From IMG/VR virus record IMGVR_UViG_3300045988_063342, positions 1-29,914 of that record: a stretch of 29,914 nucleotides of DNA; one strand, written 5' to 3'. Made by a program: the position numbers and the translations under genes. The notes under the pieces were generated by a model, which had not been told where the DNA came from, made no database searches, and worked only from the letters and a program-made list of their open reading frames with translations. This document shows positions 15,186-24,499 of this stretch, one piece after another (the first letter of the stretch is position 1; every line of letters starts with the position of its first letter). Source of the stretch: a virus.

Positions 15186-15464
15186 GTGAAATATAGGAAC
15201 GTTGATGCTTACGACTATCGCGTGCAGTCTCATTATTCGGAAAACGGTGTCGTATGGGAGGTGTATGAGAGGACTAGCGACGGTTGGGAGAAACGTAAAC
15301 GCGGTTACGACAAGCGGGTTGCCGAAGCAAGGGAGAGAGCGCACGCGGTTATCGTTCGGCTTGCTGAAGTGCGTTATGGCGCTGATTATCGCGTGTCCAG
15401 GTTGGTGCCATTGAAGTATCCGATGTGTTGGGGTGTGTTTGTCGAACGTCGGCGTGTCGCATAA
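15186..15464 (+). CDS. Hypothetical protein (92 aa, GTG start)
   Basis: GGGGGA RBS. Its 3' end contains the GGCGTGTCG box. Confidence 0.5.
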   Translation: MKYRNVDAYDYRVQSHYSENGVVWEVYERTSDGWEKRKRGYDKRVAEARERAHAVIVRLAEVRYGADYRVSRLVPLKYPMCWGVFVERRRVA

Positions 15465-15480
15465 CCAAGTATTGCATGAA
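15449..15480 (+). promoter_or_regulatory. Degenerate element A, copy 5, fused directly to element B copy 4
   Basis: tcggcgtgtcgcataaccaagtattgcatgaa. The GTGTCG box is intact and the AT-rich core is diverged and shortened. Confidence 0.35.
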
Positions 15481-15496
15481 GAACTCTGCGATAACC

Positions 15497-15518
15497 GCCC
15501 CGCCCGCAATGGCTGGGC
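15497..15518 (+). promoter_or_regulatory. Element B, copy 4 (GC hairpin, one mismatch)
   Basis: gccccgccc-gcaat-ggctgggc, then acacttaacggaaggaataaaacATG. Confidence 0.5.
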
Positions 15519-15541
15519 ACACTTAACGGAAGGAATAAAAC

Positions 15542-15697
15542 ATGTATACGGTTCGTTTTAACGGCATCGAATATGTATGTGACACATTCAGACAAGCCGT
15601 AGCCATGGCAAGAATAGCAGTGACGCACGGAGACGTCGCGACCATTCTTGATGATGAAGGCGAAGAAGTCGCATCATTTCACCCAATGGAGGAATAA
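15542..15697 (+). CDS. Hypothetical small protein (51 aa)
   Basis: Found by hand: MYTVRFNGIEYVCDTFRQAVAMARIAVTHGDVATILDDEGEEVASFHPMEE. The TAATG overlaps the HNH gene start. Confidence 0.5.
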   Translation: MYTVRFNGIEYVCDTFRQAVAMARIAVTHGDVATILDDEGEEVASFHPMEE

Positions 15698-16038
15698 TGC
15701 TAGCGAAAGAAGGCAAACCAAAAGAGAAGAACCCGACCGAAGGAACCCGCCAACTCGTGTTGGAACGTGACCACTACCGTTGCGTGAGGTGCGGACGGGA
15801 CATAAGATACACGCCATTCGGCTACTCCATCCACCACCGTAGGCTACGCTCGCACCCCTACGCTGAAATGCATTCCAGTCCAAACCTCATAACCCTCTGC
15901 GGGTCAGGCACCACAGGTTGCCACGGTTGGGTGCATGAGAACGTGAAGGAAGCCGAACGACTGGGATTAATCGTTTCAGGCTTCGCACGACCCGAAAGCA
16001 TTCCAGTGCAAACGTGGAACGGTTTGAAAGACATTTAA
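15697..16038 (+). CDS. HNH endonuclease
   Basis: RDHYRCVRCG...SIHHRRLRS...NLITLCGSGTTGCHGWVHEN (Cys pairs plus the H-N-H core). Confidence 0.85.
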   Translation: MLAKEGKPKEKNPTEGTRQLVLERDHYRCVRCGRDIRYTPFGYSIHHRRLRSHPYAEMHSSPNLITLCGSGTTGCHGWVHENVKEAERLGLIVSGFARPESIPVQTWNGLKDI

Positions 16039-16047
16039 AAAAAGGAG

Positions 16048-16079
16048 AAGCCGCACGGTTTTCTTTCACCGTGCGGCTT
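16048..16079. terminator. Convergent terminator between the two transcription blocks
   Basis: 11-bp stem aagccgcacgg/ccgtgcggctt. An A-run at 16036..16044 gives a U-tract for minus-strand transcripts. The plus-side tail is weak. Confidence 0.65.
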
Positions 16080-16133
16080 ATCAATGACAGCACTAAAAGT
16101 CAATCGCCAAAACTTTCAGCACTCCACATTATA

Positions 16134-16433
16134 CTAGGCCAACGTATTTTCGTCAACAAACGTTTTGCCAAGCTTGCCGCCCATCACTTGATTAACAGCA
16201 GTATAAACCGTCTGCGACACACCAATCACAGCAACAAGCAGTACACCCCACGTATAACCGTGGTTGAAACCGCCCACAGCCGCGATAGCCAACATGCCCA
16301 GCACGACACTGACCGCGAGACTAAACAAGGCGGTCATGTTATCCGGCAGAATAGGCTTGACCACCTGCACGAACACGGGAGCAACCAAACCGACAATAGC
16401 AACCGCGATAGTCTCAGCCTGAGTAATATCCAT
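16134..16433 (-). CDS. Holin candidate (99 aa, about 3 TM segments)
   Basis: Three hydrophobic stretches. It lies immediately downstream of the endolysin. GGAG RBS. Confidence 0.6.
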   Translation of the reverse strand: MDITQAETIAVAIVGLVAPVFVQVVKPILPDNMTALFSLAVSVVLGMLAIAAVGGFNHGYTWGVLLVAVIGVSQTVYTAVNQVMGGKLGKTFVDENTLA

Positions 16434-16445
16434 AATTTACTCCAA

Positions 16446-17684
16446 TCACCAATACAAGATTTCGCCCGGATAAATCACGTTAGGATTGCCCGAACGATAA
16501 CCCTTAATCTGACTTGCATTAATCTTATATCGCGCCGCGATACCGCTCAAAGTGTCACCAGACTGGACGGTATAACGACGTGCTCCCCCCGTGGAAACGC
16601 TAGACCCGCGACGGCAAACACGCTCACCAGCATAAATGATGTTCGGATTGCCGGAACGGTAGCCAGTCCACTCAGTCCAACTGCAACCATAACGGGAGGC
16701 AATCGAACTCAACGTGTCACCAGCCTGGACGTAAACACATTGCGCAGAGGATTGAGCCGTACCACATCCAAGACGATTATTAACAATCCGCATGACCGAA
16801 TCATAATACCCGCCCAGCAAAGCCTTGCGTGTCGCGCCATTACCGTATCTGCCCGCGATAACGTCGTTCGCCATCTGATTAACGTCACCGTTAGGGGTGG
16901 TGTTCGGCGTATCATGTTTCACCGTAGTAGTGGTGCCTGTCTGCGCGAACGAATTAGGCACGCACCCACTACGCTCACCACAGGCAATACGCCCCCACGC
17001 GGTCTTATCCCCGAAGAACAAGTCAAGGTCAAGGAACCCACCATACCCATTCAACACACCGTGAGATGTGTATTGCAACATGCCCTCGCCGGCACTGCCA
17101 GCATTCCAAGGCTGAGACTGATAGCCAGTCGGCGCATTACTCGCATACTGCGCTTTCCACAACATGCAATGTTGGCGCACGTCCTGCGGAATCTGCCACA
17201 CGGCGGACGCTTGCACGTAAACCACCGGCCAGACACCAGTACGCTCATGCACTCGATTGACCCAATCGCGCACCCAATTCCCGTTACCCCATGACGAGTT
17301 ACGGTAGCTCTCCCAGTCCAACACGAGCATGGAACGGCCAACATACGAGCCGATAGTGTTCACGAAATAGTCGGCTTCCGCAATCGCGTTGCCACCATTC
17401 GCGTAATGGTACAACCCATGAGTCTTTCCGGTTTCGATGGCGCCAGTAATCTGGCTAACCCACGAAGTGTTAGTGAAGTCCACACCCTCGGTTGCCTTGA
17501 CGATAGCGAAATCAGCCGGAATGGTGCGCGTGATGTTCGCGGGTTGCCAACCGCTCACGTCCACTCCATCCATGTTCGCCAACGCGACACCAGGTGACAG
17601 CATGATAGTCGAACTCAACGCCAAACCGGCAACCGGCCTGACCATGCTTCGCTTGATACGCTTATGTTTAGGTGTTCGTTTCAT
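16446..17684 (-). CDS. Endolysin: signal peptide, GH25 muramidase, CW_7 (Cpl-7-like) domain and 2 LysM domains
   Basis: N-terminal MKRTPKHKRIKRSMVRPVAGLALSSTIMLSPGVALA. GH25-like DVSGWQ...ATEG...FTN. The CW_7-like motif is ANDVIAGRYGNGATRKALLG. The two LysM motifs are YVQAGDTLSSIASRYG and YTVQSGDTLSGIAARY. Confidence 0.85.
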   Translation of the reverse strand: MKRTPKHKRIKRSMVRPVAGLALSSTIMLSPGVALANMDGVDVSGWQPANITRTIPADFAIVKATEGVDFTNTSWVSQITGAIETGKTHGLYHYANGGNAIAEADYFVNTIGSYVGRSMLVLDWESYRNSSWGNGNWVRDWVNRVHERTGVWPVVYVQASAVWQIPQDVRQHCMLWKAQYASNAPTGYQSQPWNAGSAGEGMLQYTSHGVLNGYGGFLDLDLFFGDKTAWGRIACGERSGCVPNSFAQTGTTTTVKHDTPNTTPNGDVNQMANDVIAGRYGNGATRKALLGGYYDSVMRIVNNRLGCGTAQSSAQCVYVQAGDTLSSIASRYGCSWTEWTGYRSGNPNIIYAGERVCRRGSSVSTGGARRYTVQSGDTLSGIAARYKINASQIKGYRSGNPNVIYPGEILYW

Positions 17685-17980
17685 TTTTCCCCCTTACTGC
17701 TTGCGCAAGTACGAATCTTGTTAGTCATCTCAGTGCCCACACCATTACCCCCAAGCGCATGGTAGGCGGTGTAGACACGTTCCACGGTTTCCTTATCCGC
17801 GATGGGCACGAACCCGTTACGTTCCCGTTGTTCGTCGAACTGCTTCAGTTTGCAGAACAAGAGTTCTTTCACACCCTCGCGTAATGGGTTGCGTTTCGCG
17901 TCGATTCTATTCAACACCCATTGCACGAGGATAGTCACCGTCTGACTTCCGAGAATGGCGCAAATAACAGCGGTTTCCAT
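17681..17980 (-). CDS. Lysis-associated, holin-like protein with one N-terminal TM (alternative start 17992)
   Basis: METAVICAILGSQTVTILVQWVL followed by a charged tail. It has a TAATG overlap with the upstream gene and an ATGA overlap with the endolysin. Confidence 0.45.
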   Translation of the reverse strand: METAVICAILGSQTVTILVQWVLNRIDAKRNPLREGVKELLFCKLKQFDEQRERNGFVPIADKETVERVYTAYHALGGNGVGTEMTNKIRTCASSKGEK

Positions 17981-19236
17981 TAATTGTCCCATTCGATAGG
18001 CGGCATGGTGAAATCATAGGTGATTTTCATTGTCTGCCGGCTGTTCTTCGTCACGGGATTATCCAATCTTGCGCGGCTGAAGTACTGCGTCCCCAAGTCC
18101 AAACCCAAGTAATAGTTATCGAGTAGGAAGTCACCCATGAAACAACCATGGAAACTATTGTTGGCGTAAGTGGCAAACCATTTCTGGCGGGGTTGCAACA
18201 TGTTCGTGTTATCGTCAATGTCGAACACTTGCCCGCCGATGATGATTGAATCTTCTTCGGGCAAAGCCGCCAAATCGTTACTACTAGTGGGAGTACTGGG
18301 GATATCGAAAGTGCGAAGCTGTGCGAAAGCCGTGGAATACTCCACAAGCTTACTAGTACCCGATACGTATTCGCGGGTGAAGAACGTGTCACGCTTAGGA
18401 TGCCAGCAAATCGAAGACACGTTATTAGCGGTCGTGACTTTCGTCGGGTTCGCCAAATCTGATAGCGGAGCATGATACACGTAACGCGCGGACGATGGTG
18501 CCCACCACAGTTCCCCCTGCCGTAACGCGATACGCGAATTGTAGTTGTTGAACTCACGTAAAGGATGGTCGGTGGAAACCGCTGTACCTCCCTGAAGCCA
18601 ATTGATGAACTCATCAACCGTCATAATGGTTACGCCATTGTTCTGCCCGTAAATCAAAGTCATTCCGTCATTGACCACACCAGGGGTAACATTCTTGTTG
18701 GATATATAAAGCAGTGGAGACTTATAAATGTAGGTGAGATTCTCAGACTGCATGGTTGTATAGACGCTCTGGAAACTGCCGTTAGCCTGAGTGGTAGAGA
18801 AATCATACACGAAACGTTGCGAGTTCGCCCTCTGATAGCTCTCGGCAGGATTGAACGAACCCTTATCGTTAGCGCTACTGCTTGCACCATACCCGCCATA
18901 GGCCAGCGCGTTACCGTGGATTACACGTTCGCGTTCGTTCGCCACGCCAGCGTAATCCGTCAAGGTCAGGCCGGTGTTAAGCCCCTTATCCATGTAGATA
19001 CTGTTGTGGATATTGGCAAGGCCGGTGGTCACAGTCGTACTAGTGTTGTCTACGTGTTGCAGTTGCATGAAACGACTGTTCGTGACCTTACGCAACGCAC
19101 CATACACAAACGGGCTCACGTAATTGTCGTGCTCCTCGCATTGCGCGAGACTCCCGTCATTGTTTCTTACTTCCACCTTGACATGCCCGTGCACCTTGAA
19201 ATCAGGGTCTACACGTGACACCACATCACACATCAT
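17980..19236 (-). CDS. Tail tip / receptor-binding protein candidate (418 aa)
   Basis: Called by position, between Tal and the lysis genes. GGAGGA RBS. I recognised no motif. Confidence 0.45.
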   Translation of the reverse strand: MMCDVVSRVDPDFKVHGHVKVEVRNNDGSLAQCEEHDNYVSPFVYGALRKVTNSRFMQLQHVDNTSTTVTTGLANIHNSIYMDKGLNTGLTLTDYAGVANERERVIHGNALAYGGYGASSSANDKGSFNPAESYQRANSQRFVYDFSTTQANGSFQSVYTTMQSENLTYIYKSPLLYISNKNVTPGVVNDGMTLIYGQNNGVTIMTVDEFINWLQGGTAVSTDHPLREFNNYNSRIALRQGELWWAPSSARYVYHAPLSDLANPTKVTTANNVSSICWHPKRDTFFTREYVSGTSKLVEYSTAFAQLRTFDIPSTPTSSNDLAALPEEDSIIIGGQVFDIDDNTNMLQPRQKWFATYANNSFHGCFMGDFLLDNYYLGLDLGTQYFSRARLDNPVTKNSRQTMKITYDFTMPPIEWDN

Positions 19237-19248
19237 TATGTCTTCCTC

Positions 19249-21039
19249 CTAGATTGTAACGGTAACGCCCACATTTAATTCTACAATTGTCAGCCTGTAC
19301 GTGCCCGATTGGACTCCCTGCACGGTTGAAACATCCAGACTCGTAGACCCGCCAGCCACTGGCGGCATTCCAACAGTCCAAGACGAATCATCGTTCGCAA
19401 GCGTGAACACAGTACCATCCTCAGCATTAGACAAGGTGATAGTGTGCTTATCATCAGCAAGCCACACGAACGGCTGAAGCGTATCCGACACGGTACGCAT
19501 GGACTCCACGAAACGCTCAACCGTGTCAGACACGGAAAGCTCCGACAACTCCGGGAACGAAACAGTAGCCAAATCGGACACGTTACGCAACGGCCCCATG
19601 AAACGGCTGACTGCATCCACCACGCGCGTATCCGGACGCTCATTAGTGATGCCACCATACGCGCCACGAGCGCGAATGAACACCTGACCATCATTCTTCG
19701 CGATACTACCGGCTCCAGTATGCGACAGGTAAAGGTCAAGCGTCAGCGAATCATTGGCCGAAACGTTGGTAATCAGGAACGGCAGGCCGATAGTCACCCA
19801 ACCGACCTCGCAAGCCTGCTGGATACGAGCACCCGCCCTCTCACCATTAAGCAGCCAATACCCGTCCAGCTCACCCGCCGTCGTGGTCTTGACATTAAGA
19901 CAGGCGTACACCTCAAGCCACGTGTCAGCATACACGTCCAATTGCACCGGGAGCACACGCTGCGCCGTCCTACCAAGCGCGAAATCATCCATAGTGAAAG
20001 CCTGAAAAACAGACTCCTGCTCCGTATTGTCCGTATCACCTGACAGTGGGTCAGTCGCAACCGTGAATGACGGCGGCACATAATCCAACGTCACACTATC
20101 ATCATCATGGCCGCTACTATGATGGATGACCGAGACCTTCGTGACCACCTTTGCCTGCAACGGCTCATCCCACACGGCGACAATCTCACCCAAACGCAAG
20201 CCCTGAATATCATCAACCGCGGTAAGGTCATACGATATAGTCGGATACGCGGTAACAGCAAGCTTCTTCCTCGCGTCAGCGAGCAGGTTGGCGGCGACAG
20301 TGTAGCGTTCGTCCTGCCATTCCTGCCGTTTCGTGTACCGTTTGCGTGCTTCGGTTTCGCTCAAGCCCAGCCCGACGTACCAGCCGAAGTCCTCCACGAG
20401 CTCGCTGTCATTGTTCACGCCGCGCACTGTCAGGCCGTTAGCGCCGACCGGGTGCAGGACGGTACACGTTGGCGGTGTCTCCGTCTTCTTGATGTCATCC
20501 AGATTATCGCCATACGTGAACACGCGCGACGGAGTGGACGGCAACGGCCGGAGGAAATCAACCACTCGGTTGTACGAGTCGAACGCTAAACGCAGGTCGG
20601 CAAGATTCGCCAACCATTGCAACAGTTCAGTGACCTTCTTGCCCTGCAAATCGGCATACACACGCCTATCGGTTTCGATAGTGCCCACAGTCCACAACGT
20701 CGGTGCAAGCACCTTACTGACAGCATCCGCGAAGCGGAGGTTCTCGCACTTGAACGTCTCAAGTTCGATATTAGCCATCTCCGACTGGCATTCGTCCGCG
20801 GTAAGTTCCGCGATACCATCGCCACGGGCACGGTCAACCTGAGTCACCACATACCGGCGACAGTTGAACACTAGCTCCATGTCGCTCACGATGTCGCGCG
20901 CTTCGGCAAGCGACGTGTCAACGATAAGCCGGTTAGTTGAGTCGATACGCTCGTCCACTGTCCAATCGGACACGTCGTTTACCGCGCGAATCGGCTTACC
21001 ATCCAACCCGAAAAGATATGCAACCTCACTAGCCTGCAT
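19249..21039 (-). CDS. Tail-associated protein (Tal / prophage-tail endopeptidase-like)
   Basis: 596 aa, directly after Dit. Called by synteny with siphovirus tail tip modules. Confidence 0.6.
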   Translation of the reverse strand: MQASEVAYLFGLDGKPIRAVNDVSDWTVDERIDSTNRLIVDTSLAEARDIVSDMELVFNCRRYVVTQVDRARGDGIAELTADECQSEMANIELETFKCENLRFADAVSKVLAPTLWTVGTIETDRRVYADLQGKKVTELLQWLANLADLRLAFDSYNRVVDFLRPLPSTPSRVFTYGDNLDDIKKTETPPTCTVLHPVGANGLTVRGVNNDSELVEDFGWYVGLGLSETEARKRYTKRQEWQDERYTVAANLLADARKKLAVTAYPTISYDLTAVDDIQGLRLGEIVAVWDEPLQAKVVTKVSVIHHSSGHDDDSVTLDYVPPSFTVATDPLSGDTDNTEQESVFQAFTMDDFALGRTAQRVLPVQLDVYADTWLEVYACLNVKTTTAGELDGYWLLNGERAGARIQQACEVGWVTIGLPFLITNVSANDSLTLDLYLSHTGAGSIAKNDGQVFIRARGAYGGITNERPDTRVVDAVSRFMGPLRNVSDLATVSFPELSELSVSDTVERFVESMRTVSDTLQPFVWLADDKHTITLSNAEDGTVFTLANDDSSWTVGMPPVAGGSTSLDVSTVQGVQSGTYRLTIVELNVGVTVTI

Positions 21040-21741
21040 TTACAACCACCTCATGATATAGCGGAACTGTCCGCCGCTAATGTTTTCGGTTTCGATGTGA
21101 TTCACATCACGCAGGCGGGGGAACACGCCCGACACTTCGGACACCAGCAGGTTATTACCATTGTCCATGACCTGATTATGCTGACTGTCAATCACACCAC
21201 CCGTGAGCGTCTTGTCAATGCTCAGTGTTTCCCCGTTGACCGTGATTGACGGCTTGCCGGTAGCGGTAAAAGTGAGGACAGGCAGGATAGTGCAATTGGT
21301 GTCGATGTTGATTGTCTCCGCTAAATCAACCTGCTGCGCTTCCCCGTACCGGTACGGGTCATAGCAGTTAAACACGAACTCGCCTTTGCAATAGGTGGGC
21401 TTATCATCCGACAGGCTCACCGACGAAACAATACCGGTATAATACCCGGGCTGGTCGCTGAAGCGTATAGTGCTCGGCTGCTCGATATTAAGGTAATGGG
21501 TCAGCTTGGCCTGCATGTCAAGCAGCCGGCAGGAGAACATGGTGAAAGATACGGTAATCTCGCGCACGGGGAGGCGACGGCTCACGAACCTACCACCGTC
21601 ACCACCCTTGTAGTCCACTCCGGTAACGTCGGGCCCCAGCAGGCCCCGGCCGGTAATATCCTCAATCCACAATGTCATACCATCAGCCGCGAACAGGTTG
21701 GCAAGGCTCACATTGTTGTAGTAAACATCTACCATACTCAA
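21040..21741 (-). CDS. Distal tail protein (Dit)
   Basis: 233 aa, with an ATGA overlap to the tape measure stop. Canonical position. Confidence 0.6.
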   Translation of the reverse strand: MSMVDVYYNNVSLANLFAADGMTLWIEDITGRGLLGPDVTGVDYKGGDGGRFVSRRLPVREITVSFTMFSCRLLDMQAKLTHYLNIEQPSTIRFSDQPGYYTGIVSSVSLSDDKPTYCKGEFVFNCYDPYRYGEAQQVDLAETINIDTNCTILPVLTFTATGKPSITVNGETLSIDKTLTGGVIDSQHNQVMDNGNNLLVSEVSGVFPRLRDVNHIETENISGGQFRYIMRWL

Positions 21742-24137
21742 GCCCTCCGCATATCACGCTTCTGCAAACGGTTCAATTCCTGCGCGATCAGTCGAATATC
21801 ATTATCAGAACGCACCTGCATACTCTGAATAACAATACTAGTCTGCGGAATCGCAGACGTGACACCACTAGCAGAACTCTCAAACACCGGCAGTGAGCCA
21901 GTAGTAGTAGTCGGCACCTTAACCGCGTCAACCATATCCAAGCTCAACGAGTCCAACGAGTCCATCAAACCACTAGTATTAGCCTTGATACCCATTTCGA
22001 TACCGGACGGAATATACTTGCCGACCTCTTCGGCCATGACACGCGACGGGGAGTGAATTCCCAACGCCTGTTTAGCCCAATTGACGATGTGTCCACCGAA
22101 ACCGAGAATATTATTCTTGACCCAATTGAACATGTCGCTGATGCCATTCCACAGGCCGCGAACGATATTACCGCCAGCATCCTTAAGCCAGTGCACCGCG
22201 CCATTGAAACAATCCCTGATTTTCCCGGGGATACCCTTCACGAAGTCAACAGCATCATTGAATTTGTTCACAATAGCGTCCTTGGCTTCCTGGAACTTGC
22301 TCCCGAACCATGCGCCAATATCACTAAAGAACCCCTTGATTCTACCGGGGATACCGCTAAACCAGTCGGTGACGGCATTCCAAGCGTTTTGGATGTTCGT
22401 CCCGGCGTCCGTGAAAAACTTGGTGATACTATCCCAGATGTTTTGGAAGAAGTCGCAAAGTTTTTGCCACAAGTCTTGCATGGTCTTGCAGAAGTCCTGC
22501 CATGCTTGCTTACCCGCGTCAGTCTGCGTGAAAAAGTAAACCAAACCAGCTATAAGCGCCGCCAACAGGGTGATGACCAATATAATCGGATTAGCCGCCA
22601 TAGCCGCGTTAAACAGCCATTGCGCTACCGTAGCGGCAGACTCCGCAATACTGAACGACTTAAGAAAAGCGACCACGCTACTGATGATTTGCGCGGTCTT
22701 GAACACAGCAAAACCGGAGCCGATACCAACAAGTGTTGAAACAATCCACGTACTATTCGCACTAAACCAGTCGGAGAACATTTTAAGCAAATCCAATGCG
22801 GGTTGAATCGAATTACCAATAACAGTGAACACGCCACCAATGGAATTGCCAAGACTACCCAAAATACTAGCGAGTCCGCTCCAATCAGTATTGTTCACGA
22901 AGTCGGTAAACTTTTTCGTCATATCGGTCAATCCAGATAGGAATTCTTTCACAAACGGTGTGAAAGCGTCACCCAGTGTGCCAGCCATAGTGCGTTTGAA
23001 CGCTTCCCACTGTTGACCAATGCCCATGGTGCTATCTGCCGCCTCATCGGTCGCGCCCTTGATATTCTCATAAGAATTCGGCACGTTGCCGAGAGCTTCA
23101 ATCATGCCAAGCGCATTATCCTCACCAAGACTAGACCAAAGCGTTGACGCTAGACTGGCTTCCTTGGTCTTGTCGGTCATGGTGCCCATCTCACCAATGA
23201 CCGCATTCAACACGTCTTCCGCAGTTGCCTTGCCGGCCTTGAAGTTGTTGAAAACGTCCTGGGTGCCCTTCGAGAACTCTCCAATACTCTGCTCGATACG
23301 ACCGTCCGTAAGTGAGGTGAGGAATTCGTTCAGGAAGTCGCCCACCTTGTCCAATTGGTAGGCTCCACTATCCACGCCGGCCTGGAGCAGGCTGAAGTAT
23401 TCTTGCGCGCTGGTGCCGGCTTCAGCCCAACGGCCAGAATACTCGCTCAGGTTGTCAGCGAGTTCGTCGGTGTAGTTCAGACCATTCTGCATGCCCTTGG
23501 TCATGAGGTCGGTTGCGTCCTGAGCGCTCAGCCCGAACTTCTCCATAAGGACTTTCACGCCACGCACGGATTCGCCAGCGTCCGCGTCGAACGTTTGCGC
23601 CCACACTTCCGTAGCCTTCGTGACAGTGTTCAAGTCACCCTCACCGATATCACGAATCACCTGGCTGACGTTAGACGCGACATTAGCCACGTCCTCCAAA
23701 CTCTCGCCCCAGCCCTGCCGGTAAAGTTCTCCAGCTACCTTGCCAGCATTCTGTGCGGCCACACTACCCTTACCCAACTGGGCTTCCAAAGTGCCTTGCA
23801 CATCAATCTGACTAATAGCCGTGTCAATACCAGTCTTGAACACGCCACCAACAGCGGCAAGCGCGCCACCAATACTCGCGACCTTCACAAGCTTGCTAGG
23901 CAGACTCAACCCTAACCCGTCCGCGAGTTCGCTAATCCCGTCGAACGTTTTGCTGAATGCGTCCTTAATACTGGGCGCGTTCTTGCCACCGTTCTTGCCA
24001 ACGTTTTCGGTGGCCTTGTCCGCCTGCTCCGCTGACTCTTTAATATCGTCTGTGGCGTTCTGAATATTCTTAACGCCCTTCTCATAGCCGCTAGTGTCTA
24101 TAACGGCATCGAAACGGATTTCACCCGCTTGCGCCAT
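21738..24137 (-). CDS. Tape measure protein
   Basis: 799 aa. The N-terminal half is alpha-helical and Ala/Gly-rich. Hydrophobic segments lie in the central region (LVGIGSGFAVF, IILVITLLAALIAGLVYFF), followed by W-rich repeats. It lies after the two chaperone genes. Confidence 0.85.
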   Translation of the reverse strand: MAQAGEIRFDAVIDTSGYEKGVKNIQNATDDIKESAEQADKATENVGKNGGKNAPSIKDAFSKTFDGISELADGLGLSLPSKLVKVASIGGALAAVGGVFKTGIDTAISQIDVQGTLEAQLGKGSVAAQNAGKVAGELYRQGWGESLEDVANVASNVSQVIRDIGEGDLNTVTKATEVWAQTFDADAGESVRGVKVLMEKFGLSAQDATDLMTKGMQNGLNYTDELADNLSEYSGRWAEAGTSAQEYFSLLQAGVDSGAYQLDKVGDFLNEFLTSLTDGRIEQSIGEFSKGTQDVFNNFKAGKATAEDVLNAVIGEMGTMTDKTKEASLASTLWSSLGEDNALGMIEALGNVPNSYENIKGATDEAADSTMGIGQQWEAFKRTMAGTLGDAFTPFVKEFLSGLTDMTKKFTDFVNNTDWSGLASILGSLGNSIGGVFTVIGNSIQPALDLLKMFSDWFSANSTWIVSTLVGIGSGFAVFKTAQIISSVVAFLKSFSIAESAATVAQWLFNAAMAANPIILVITLLAALIAGLVYFFTQTDAGKQAWQDFCKTMQDLWQKLCDFFQNIWDSITKFFTDAGTNIQNAWNAVTDWFSGIPGRIKGFFSDIGAWFGSKFQEAKDAIVNKFNDAVDFVKGIPGKIRDCFNGAVHWLKDAGGNIVRGLWNGISDMFNWVKNNILGFGGHIVNWAKQALGIHSPSRVMAEEVGKYIPSGIEMGIKANTSGLMDSLDSLSLDMVDAVKVPTTTTGSLPVFESSASGVTSAIPQTSIVIQSMQVRSDNDIRLIAQELNRLQKRDMRRA

Positions 24138-24138
24138 G

Positions 24139-24486
24139 TCACATCCCCCGTTCCAACTGCTTCACGTATTGTCTCAACACTTTGTCACCCTTTTTCGCTT
24201 GCGCCGCACCGACCGCAACATACATGTCGTTCACGCGCAGTATGCGGTCACGGATAGCAAGACTCCTGCCAGCATTCAATAAGGCTATGAAAGTCTCGTA
24301 ACTCACTTCGTCAGCCAGCACGTCACGGATAGCCTGCCAGCCATAATATTTGCCGAACTCGGCTAGGAGTAGCTCGTCATCACGAAAAAACGCCGAAGCT
24401 TTAGCCTTGCTCTCAGCCTCCCGCATGGCTTTAAGCTTTGCTACCTGCTCCGGCGTAAAATCGTCAATGACCTTATGCACCGTCAT
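24139..24486 (-). CDS. Tail assembly chaperone, second ORF
   Basis: Called by position, between the major tail protein and the tape measure gene. Confidence 0.55.
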   Translation of the reverse strand: MTVHKVIDDFTPEQVAKLKAMREAESKAKASAFFRDDELLLAEFGKYYGWQAIRDVLADEVSYETFIALLNAGRSLAIRDRILRVNDMYVAVGAAQAKKGDKVLRQYVKQLERGM

Positions 24487-24499
24487 TGACTACCCCACT

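Noticed and set aside
16014-17294. A 426-aa plus-strand ORF, the longest plus-strand ORF on the track in the late (minus-strand) half of the genome
   Set aside because: It lies entirely antisense to the holin and endolysin genes. Its composition is low-complexity and Arg/Thr/His-rich, it has no RBS, and it starts inside the convergent terminator region. It is a shadow ORF of the strongly supported minus-strand genes.
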